Shown: in pieces, positions 55,003 through 64,000 of the stretch
How positions within the stretch are numbered: the first letter of the stretch is position 1
Layout of the letters: every line of letters begins with the position of its first letter
The notes under the pieces: model-generated
The model's database searches: none
What the model was told of the DNA's origin: nothing
The model's input: only the letters and a program-made list of their open reading frames with translations
Program-made: the position numbers and the translations under genes
From: Eledone cirrhosa
Lineage: Eukaryota
Assembly: GCA_964016885.1 (NCBI GenBank)
Contig: OZ024740.1
Coordinates: forward strand, 227,168,001 to 227,232,000
Reading direction: 5' to 3'
Length of the DNA stretch: 64,000 nucleotides

Positions 55003-56090
55003 TATATTTGGAGCCTCTCAGAATAGTTGCAAAGAGATTAATGTCCAACATAGAAGAGAAGAGAAGAAGGGTGGAAGAAAATAGCAAACAATGAGAGGAA
55101 TGTATCCTAAACCTGCTTATTATTGTTAGTTACATCATTGTAACAAACTGGAGTTTATCCAGTTTCTATTTATTGATGCCTGTCTCCCAAAGCATGTTTC
55201 TAAAGCATGTTTCTTCTCTGATATCCTGTCTCTATTGAAGTCTGCTTCCTAAGCATCTTTCTAAAGCGTGTTTCTTCTTCCGACTAGCAATGGAATCCAT
55301 CCATCATAGATATTTGAATGCCAGATTGAATCATCACACCTAAGCCATTGACTCAGCACAGTCTTCGGCGACTCAGCTTTACTAACACGAAAGCAAAAAG
55401 CTGAGTTTATCGTTACAAAGCTGGGATTTAGCTAAGTTTCTTCAGCTCTTTCTTGGTTAATTCTGTGACATTTTGTTTATGTATGTCACTTTGCTTTGTA
55501 TCTTAGACACGTATATGTGTTTGTGTGTGTGTGTGTGTGTGTGTATGTTCAAGTGTGTGTGTGTGTGTGTGTGTGAATGTGTGTATGTTTGTGTAGGGGA
55601 AAGAAAAAGAGAAAAAGAGTGTGTGTGTTTATATATATTATATATATATGAATATGGTTGATGAACAAGAGAAAAGAGTACACAATACCAAAGTAGAGTT
55701 TAAATATTTATTTATTATGGCTAAATAGAGAGTCTTGTGGTTAATTCTCTGACATTTTATTTAAGTATATCACTTAGCTTTTTAGCTTAGACATGTATGT
55801 GTGTATGTGAGTGTATGTGTGCATTTTATGTATGTGTGTGTTTGTTTTGTATGTATGTTTGTGTGTGGAAAAGAAAAAGAGAGAATGTGTGAGTCTATGT
55901 GTTTATATATATATGTAGATTCCTGAGTTGTGTCAGAGAGTAACCACAGTTAAAAAAGGTACTCAATACATTGGTAGAGTATAGACATCTTTATTATATA
56001 TAGGAATTAATTTTACATGACTAGAACTGCTTCATTTGTATGAAATCTGATAAATATATCATCATCATGTGGTTGATGGACAAGAGACAA

Positions 56091-56219
56091 ATATTCATTT
56101 ATTATGGCTAAGTAGTGAGTCTTATTACTCTGGAGTTTTACCTGAGCAATGATTCTGTGAGTGTGCAGTTGAAACTCCAGAGTAGCAAGACTCACAACTT
56201 AGCCATAATAAATAAATAT
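56091..56219. mobile_element. Small palindromic MITE-like element
   Basis: ~48-bp TIR ATATTCATTTATTATGGCTAAGTAGTGAGTCTT...CTCTGGAGTTT; second copy at 62403-62516, partial arms near 55704 and 28370. Confidence 0.75.
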
Positions 56220-56220
56220 G

Positions 56221-56310
<90 letters not shown>

Positions 56311-56313
<3 letters not shown>

Positions 56314-56684
56314 CGATATATTAACAAATGGAAACTATATTTATAAAACCATATTTATTTCATTATACATATTTCTCTTTCTTTTCTTTCCCTTTCTCGA
56401 TACCCCAACAGCTTATTTTAAATTTACTGTGATTTAAAAATATCCGACACTAATTTGCATAATAGTATAAATAAATTTATAACCCCACTATCCGGGAGCT
56501 TCCAACAGAAATAGTCGCATTCTTTAAGGGTATGTCAATATTTATTTATAAAACTGCTCTATATTATATTTTATCTGATGAAAGCACACCATAATTTAAT
56601 AATTTAACTTGGTGTCCTTGAAATATGTATAATGAAATAAATATGGTTTTATAAATATAGTTTCCATTTGTTAATATATCGTAT
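56311..56684. repeat. Inverted repeat (65-bp perfect arms) enclosing a hammerhead core
   Basis: 56311-56375 is the reverse complement of 56620-56684; the whole insert lies between (TA)n tracts. Confidence 0.9.
56559..56646 (+). ncRNA. Type I hammerhead ribozyme fold
   Basis: Stem I CTATATT-A-TATTTTAT/ATGAAATA-AATATGG; CTGATGA at 56575; stem II AAGCACACCA/TGGTGTCCTT (9 of 10 paired); GAAA at 56620; stem III ATA-TG-TAT; AUA triplet. Confidence 0.8.
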
Positions 56685-56768
56685 TTTTACTCCAATAATT
56701 TGTTGAGTGCTTTATATCAGTTATAAAAATATTTGCTTGTTGTATCCCAACAATTTAAATAGAACTTC

Positions 56769-56827
<59 letters not shown>

Positions 56828-56829
56828 TA

Positions 56830-57250
56830 GTATATCAGTAGAGAATTGGACAACATGCTTTGTGGTATGTAGTGTGTATAGTTAGATCCCTTTATGCTCT
56901 GAATTCAGCTTTGCCTTTCATCCTTACAAGGTCAATGAAGTACCAGTATTGCACTATTGTTGATTTAATCAGCTCATCTTCTCCCCCAAATTGTTGGCAT
57001 TGTACCTAAATCAGAAAAGATTATTATCAGTCATCATTATCATCATAGGGGGGTGGCTTGACAGAACTTTATGGTGTAGGATGAAGTGGTTTGTAGTATC
57101 TCTTTATGTAAACCCCATTGAGGTCATCTTTATCTTTCAGCCTTCTGAGGTTGATAAAATAAAGTACCAGTCAAATACTGGGGACAATTTCAATAGCTTT
57201 TGCTTCCTCCTTCTCAAAAATTGCTTGCTTTTTGCCAATGTTAGAAACCA
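56830..57250 (+). mobile_element. Two diverged SINE A copies
   Basis: CTTTGCCTTTCATCCTTAC...GTACCAGT and GATAAAATAAAGTACCAGT motifs with AGAAA ends. Confidence 0.65.
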
Positions 57251-57510
57251 TCATCATCATCCCCACTATTATTGTCACCATCATCATCATCGTCATCGTC
57301 ATCACCATTGTCACTATCATCATCATCATCACCATCATCACCATCACCATCAACACCACCACCACCATCATCATTACCATCACCACCGCCATCATCATCA
57401 TCATCACCACCATCATCATCATCATTACCACCATCATCATCACCATCATCATCATCACCACCACCGCCATCTCACCACCACCATCACCACCATCATCATC
57501 CTCATCATTG
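57250..57510. repeat. (CAT/CAC)n trinucleotide tract
   Basis: Direct inspection. Confidence 0.95.
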
Positions 57511-58071
57511 ATACCAGCATTATTATCAATTCTAATTCCACAACTTTGCATTACACTTAAAATATTTGAGATCATTTTATATAAGCAATTAGTTATTATT
57601 TTATTTTCATAATTTTAAGCTTGTTCCCACATCATTTCAGTCAGTGTAGGCCAGAATCAATTAAATACAGACTGAAGCAGTCCAGACAAGACAACCAACC
57701 TTAAAGATGATGATATGGCAGTGATGGTGGTGAGGGGGGTGATGGTGAGGATGAGAAAGGAGGCAGTGCTGAGCTGCTTAATTGTCTCCTCAAGCCAGTA
57801 TGCTCTCTGTTAATTGGCTACTACTCGTGCCAATTAGCTAGCAACCTCAAATTAAAATTTAAGAACTTTTCTGAGTGTAATGTCGACAGAAATAAAATTG
57901 ATTTTAAGGAGAATTCTCTTGTTTTTAGGCTAGAGTGGGTTAGTTTATCTTTAATAGGAGAGAAATGAAATAAAGAGAAATAGGAAGCTTGTCTTAACAT
58001 TTTTGCATGGAGAGGGTAACTTATTATTATTTGTTATTATTAACATTATTATTATTGTTATTATTATGATG

Positions 58072-58102
<31 letters not shown>

Positions 58103-58721
58103 TCATCAGCGTCATCGTCATATTTTTTTACTTGAAGTATGTGACAGAAAAGAGAAAGAAGAAGAAACAAAAAAACAAATATAATCAAAGCTAACACTCA
58201 TGAGTGAACAAATTACCTCTTGTTTTTGTTTGAATGTTTATTAATGTTTCTATTGTTTATACATATATTTTTTGTTTTTTAAATGGTTAAAAAATATTTT
58301 CTAAAAATCAAAACATCGACAAAAAATTTGAGAAAGAACTATTTTAACAATAAGCTCTATATTTCAAATGAATTTTATATCTTTGATTTATTGAAACATT
58401 TAATAGTGGAGTCTTCGACTCTATTTTACTCTTACTGTGAAATTAGGCTGGAAAGACATCAAACATATATGAGTAGTAAGTAAGTAAGTAATTATGCAAA
58501 AGTTCTAATGGAATATCTAAGATGTCTGTAAAATCTGCTAATATATAGTTTTTAGGTTATTACCAACTTGTATTATTTCTTCTTTAAAATGTGTTACATT
58601 CTTAATGTGACTATTTTTTTAATGTTTTTATTTTATTTGTGTATATGTGTGTGTGTCTTTTTGTCTTCCTTCTGTCTGTAAACTTCACAGTAATTCAAAG
58701 GGAATATATATATTTATATTT

Positions 58722-59650
58722 AACTATAGAGGCATTAAATTAATCGACCAGGTCATGAAGGTCACAGAAAAAGTAATAGCGCAACTAATCAGAGAGTGAA
58801 TTGATCTAGATGAAATGCAGTTCGGGTTTGTGTCAGGTAAAAGTACCACAGACACTCTTTTCATTGTACGACAACTACAGGAGAAGTACCTAGCTAAAAG
58901 TAAACCCCTATACTTAGCTTTTGTTGACTTGGAGAAAGCCTTTGACAGAGTCCCCCACTCCATTATCTGGTGGGCTCTTAGAAAACTAGGTGTTGATGAA
59001 TGGCTTGTGACAGCTATACAAGCCATGTATAAAGAAACAGTCAGCAAGGTTAGAATTAACAATGAATATAGTGAAGAGTTTAGCGTAAAAGTTGGTGTTC
59101 ATCAGGGCTCCGTCCTTAGCCCCCTCCTATTTATTATTGCCCTTCAGACTATAACAGAGGAGTTCACGACCGGCTGCCCATGGGAACTCCTATACGCAGA
59201 TGATCTAATGCTCAGAGCTGAATCAATGGCCGAACTAGAGAAGAAATTCCAAATATGGAAGCATGGCCTAGAATCAAAAGGCCTTAAAATTAACCTGTCT
59301 AAGACTAAAGTTCTAGTTTGTAGGAAGGAAAATAGGGCACCAGTCCCATCTGAGAAATGGCCATGCTCAGTGTGTAGGAAAGGAGTAGGCAGAAACTCCA
59401 TTTTATGTCCTAAATGCAAAGTATGGGTGCATAAAAGATGTAGTGGGATCACAGGTAAGCTAACTAAGAATATAGATTTTATATGTGGTCGGTGCTCTGG
59501 TGCAATAAGTAGCAGCAAGTGCCCACAGAATACTAGCTCATTCCATTGCACAGATGGTTCTATAGAAATAGTGGACACCTTCCGTTACCTGGGTGACAAA
59601 ATCAGCAGTGGTGGAGAGTGCTCTGAAAGTACAGTAGCTAGAGTCAGGAT
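58722..59650 (+). mobile_element. RTE-clade LINE reverse transcriptase fragment with embedded PHD finger
   Basis: NYRGIKL...QFGFVSGKSTTD...FVDLEKAFDRVP...GVHQGSVLSPLLF...YADD...KINLSKTK, then CSVC...CPKC...HKRC...CGRC, then VDTFRYLG; one in-frame stop near 58797; truncated at both ends. Confidence 0.92.
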
Positions 59651-60091
59651 TTTTGTGATCTTGATTCTATAAAGTAACTGATATACATTTACCATTTATT
59701 TCATCATCATCATCTTCATGTTCATCATCATCATCATGTTTATCATCATCATCGTAATGCCCAATTTACCCTGCTGGTATGGGTTGGACAAGTTACCAGA
59801 GACCAAGTCAGTAGTTATTCGGAGTTACTGTACTGTCCTCTCACCAATGGGCCAGAAGCCAACATCTCACTTATATTCTGTTTTCTATTTGTATAGAAAT
59901 ATTGAATAATAATCCTCTTGGGTGTGAAGAGAAGGTATATACTAACGTTTAAATACAATGAAAGAAATACAGTGTGTTGCAAAAGTCACCTAGGTACTTG
60001 AAAGTGTATATCTTTTGAGACACCATGTGTATCTAAGATGGACTAAATAAATGAAAAAAACAGACATTCACATTAAAATAGAAAAACAACA

Positions 60092-60123
<32 letters not shown>

Positions 60124-60132
60124 ACATCATCC

Positions 60133-60177
<45 letters not shown>

Positions 60178-61026
60178 CTGTCATTTAATGTCCATCTTCC
60201 ACGCTAGCATGGGTTGGACACATATATATATATACAAATACAAGAGCAGGCATGGATGTGTGGTTAAGAAGCTGCTTCACAATTTTATAGTGTAATTGGT
60301 GTTAGGAAAAGGCATTCAGCCATAGAAACTATGTCAAAATATGGAATATATGAACAAGCTGTGTTTCTTCAACCTGGCTAGTCTCAGACTGTGACAACCC
60401 ATCCTACCAATATTAGCATGGAAAGTTAACATAAAAGATGATGAAAAAGCAAAGGAGCCAATCATCGGATCAGACCAAGGAAACTATATTTTCATTGGTC
60501 TTTCCATGTTGATACTATCTGCCATTTTCAACACATTTGTCTGATGCTTTATAATTTTACTGCTACCTGAAATCAGATCTCAAATGCATTGCTCTTTGCA
60601 ATTCTTGACAGAAGGAGCAACACAAAATACAATATTTTGCACAAGAACATAATGCAATGCTCAGTCCAGGAATCAATCTTATGATCTCATGATCCTAAAT
60701 CCAACACCCTAACCACTTGGCCAAATATAAATCTTTTAAAAAAACTAAAACACAATCAAAATAAACTAAAACAGTAGAAAGTGAAAGGAAGAGAAAAATG
60801 GTAGGAATTATGTCTTTGAAGAAGACAGAAGAAGCCATGAAAGTAACATTTGCTACAGAAACAATCATATAGCAGCATAGGATGAGTTCTTAAGAATAGT
60901 TTATTTGAAGAATATTTTGTTTACTTCTTTCTAACCCTTTTTTTTATTTAATTTATTATTTCCTTTTTCAAGACTCGTATTCATTACTACCAAAATAAAT
61001 AATAAAATAAAAAAATTATTTTTTTC

Positions 61027-61061
<35 letters not shown>

Positions 61062-61166
61062 CATTATTTCTTTTTTCAATGCTTGCATTCATTAGTATTA
61101 TTATTATTGTTCTTGTGGCTAATAATAGAAATCATCATCATCATCATCGTTATCATCATCATCATC

Positions 61167-61202
<36 letters not shown>

Positions 61203-62197
61203 GTTTTTGTTGTTACATTTATTTAGTTTTTTTCATGTCTCGTATTGCTATTGGCAATGATTGCTCAATTTCAATCACATTTCAACAGAACTTGCACATA
61301 GCAGGTTTTATAATAGAGGAAGTAAAAAAAAACACAATAGCAAAAAGCAAGTACATAAAAAATAAAGAAAAAATAAACATTTGAAAGTAAAATTCACGTG
61401 ATTGTCCTTTGGTTAACATTGACATTCATTCTTCATTTGCCCCTTTTTCTTTAACCAACCCTCTTTTTTTATAATTCTTTTGCTGTGTTTTAAAATGTTA
61501 GTTTATATTAGATTTTATAATTAGTTTTGTGTAATTTCTTAATATGAAACAGGTTTAGTCCTTTGTTAGATTGGTCAGTTTGTGTGGAGGAAATAAGCAT
61601 AATTCACTTCTCTTTGCATCAATACATTTCTACATCATCCTCATCTTCTTCATCATCATCATCATCATCATTATCATCATCCTCATCTTTTATACTTCCA
61701 TTTTTATATGCATGTATATTAAGCACTCAAGCATATATGCATATAATAAACTTATATACACTTTTAAATTATAACTTAGCATGGTTCTAATACTTTTCTG
61801 CTTTTGCTCATATTCCTTTGCTTCTTTTACTCTGCTTTGATAATGGATTTAACCCGAAGCGTCAAATCTTTTCCTTTTGATTTGGAGTAAATATTTTCAT
61901 TGTACATATATTTGTACATTTTATGTACATATGTTTTGTCCACCATGTGTCTTATTTTCACCTTTGTTTACCTTGTCATGCCTTTCAACAGTCAGTCTTC
62001 TCTTTCATCTTTTTCTTTTGTTCTATTTTTGTTGTTCTTTTACATATATATGGGTGCGTGTATGTGTGTGCGTGCGTGTGTGTGTATGTGTGTGTGTGTA
62101 GTAAATGATAAGGTGTTCGGAAAGCTGGTATAATGTGGATAGAATTATAAAGGTGGTGGAAAAAAAATATAAAATTAGAATGATATATACATGCATC

Positions 62198-62256
<59 letters not shown>

Positions 62257-62402
62257 TTACCCTTCCATCCTTCAAAAATAAGTATAATGCTAATAAGACT
62301 TTGTGTTTTGTATCTCATCCCTGTGTTTATGTTGTTATTAACTATCTGTATATAGTTGATGGATGAGAGAAAACAGTCCTCAATCCTGGAGCAGAGTTTA
62401 AA

Positions 62403-62516
62403 TAGTCATTTATTACGGCTAAGTAGTGAATCTTGTTAATCTGGAGTTTCACTTGAAAGTACACAGGTGAAATCCCAGTGTAACAAAACTCATTATTTTG
62501 CCATAATAAATGAATA
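62403..62516. mobile_element. Palindromic MITE-like element (family of 56091)
   Basis: TCATTTATTACGGCTAAGTAGTGAATCTTGTTA / TAACAAAACTCATTATTTTGCCATAATAAATGA. Confidence 0.7.
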
Positions 62517-63079
62517 CACACACACACATGCACACACACATACACAAACATAAAACACAAACTAGAATGTTAATTTATTTAATGTGGCAAGCAAAATAAA
62601 ATTAATTAAGTTGATACCCATATAGAGATGAAGTAAACATTGTTGAACAATGCTTAACTAAATCAAACAAAGACAAAATGTGACAAATAAATACCAAAAA
62701 ATAAATAATAAAACTGATAGAAAATATTTGTTCAAAAAGAGTTGACACATCAGAGTACCAATTAATTAAAAATCAAAATAGCCAATACAGTGATAGTTTG
62801 ATCTTTGGTGAACATTGTGATAGAAAACATAAGTTATTGATTTTGGAGTGGTCTACAACTCAATACAAATAAAGACTGAAATATTTTCTATGGAAAGAGA
62901 TTTTTATTTGGTTTCAATGTCTTAAAAAGCAATGTTATATCTTCTATATTATATCTGTAAACTGAAAGTAAAATTGTATTGGGACCAGTTCTTTTAAATA
63001 TTGAGGCTTCCAGTTTTTTGAAAATGGTTTTATTCTGGGAATCATACTGACATTATGAGAAGAGTATATATATATATAT

Positions 63080-63410
63080 GGAGGCACATGGCTTAGTGGT
63101 TAGAGCATTGGCTTTGCAATCGAAAGGTTGTGAGTTCAATTCTCAGACCGGGTGATGTGCAAGACACTTTAATTCACATTGGTCCAGTTTACTCAGCTGT
63201 AGAAATGAGATGATAGGGACTGGGGTCCATATCATTCCACTGTAAAGTGGTCGTGTAGGTGCCATGGCAAAAAAGCACCCAGCACTCACTGTAAATGAGG
63301 TTGGTGTTAGGAAGGGCATCCAGCTGTAGAAATCAAGCCAGAATCAGTTCCCGTCCCACCCTTGCAAGCAGGGAAAAGCAGACGTAAAATGAAATGATGA
63401 TGAAATGATG

Positions 63411-63411
<1 letters not shown>
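63080..63411 (+). mobile_element. SINE B (CORE-like head, RTE tail)
   Basis: Near-identical to 7528-7857; inserted in (TA)n. Confidence 0.9.
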
Positions 63412-63463
<52 letters not shown>

Positions 63464-63569
63464 ATCACTGCCTTTTAAAACAAGATAATCTTATACAACA
63501 ATGCCAGAATCAACAGTTTTCCATAAGATGGGGACTTTTCCCAAAGAAATTTGTTTTCGTTTCTGCCAC

Positions 63570-63963
63570 TGCCCACTCTCCTCTATCTTTCTATTTCTCC
63601 TTTAATTTCTCATTCTATTTTCTGATGAAGGACTAATGTCCAAAACGTTAAGACACTTTTCCTACTATATCAAGCATAAAAGGAATATATTTCTTCATTT
63701 TACTGTGTCGTTTGCTTTGCTATTTCTGTTTGCCTTTTGCATACATACACACACACATATACACACATATATATAGCCAACTGTATACGCACGTGTATTC
63801 TTTTTCTCCACAATTGTTTTCTCATTTTCCCCATTCCTTCCTCTCATCTTCTATTTTTAACTCTATCTTCTGATGAAGGTCTAGTGTCCAAAACGTTAAG
63901 ACGCTCCTCCTGCTATTTCAAGCATTAAACTAATATATTTCTTCTATGTACTGAGCCGTTTGT
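63570..63963 (+). mobile_element. Tandem pair of hammerhead-containing repeats (248-nt spacing)
   Basis: CTGATGA-AGGAC-TAAT-GTCC-AAAAC-GTT-AAGA at 63622 and CTGATGA-AGGTC-TAGT-GTCC-AAAAC-GTT-AAGA at 63870. Confidence 0.8.
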
Positions 63964-64000
63964 ATATATATATATATATATATATACCATGTTGTTTTGA

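Noticed and set aside
54699-55094. Asp/Gly-rich 131-aa ORF (and the Gly-rich ORF at 49681-49905)
   Set aside because: (GAT/GGT)n low complexity with no supporting splice structure or homology.
56991-57612. Poly-His, poly-Ile/Thr and poly-Ser/Pro ORFs
   Set aside because: A (CAT/CAC)n microsatellite following a SINE; open in several frames only because the repeat lacks stops.
59968-60032. Tiny Tc1-like inverted repeat TACAGTGTGTTGCAAAAG...CTTTTGAGACACC
   Set aside because: Too short and degenerate, and single-copy in the window.

Overview
AT-rich, repeat-saturated animal genomic DNA. The repeat landscape (tRNA-derived SINEs with CORE-like and RTE-type tails, RTE and Tx1 LINEs, very long (TA)n/(CAT)n/(TAA)n microsatellites) most resembles a cephalopod such as Octopus, which is an inference. 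I found no confidently supported host exon, so the window is intronic or intergenic. Nearly all ORF-track entries are microsatellite translations. The protein-like ORFs are transposon remnants: a 5'-truncated, frameshifted Tx1/L1-clade LINE followed by four more 3' ends (20.5-25.4 kb, minus), a Penelope-like GIY-YIG endonuclease (44.8-45.3 kb, minus), an RTE reverse transcriptase with an embedded PHD finger (58.7-59.65 kb, plus) and smaller RTE pieces. The most interesting signal is a set of type I hammerhead-ribozyme folds from at least four apparently unrelated families (13.5, 14.3/63.6/63.9, 44.1 and 56.6 kb). Two sit inside long fold-back inverted repeats, one lies downstream of the Penelope endonuclease and one family forms a ~250-nt tandem resembling a non-LTR retrozyme. 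Two SINE-LINE partnerships (one with an ATT-targeting Tx1), SINE head/tail swapping and a SINE-born minisatellite are also visible. Coordinates were read by eye, so element edges may be off by a few bases.
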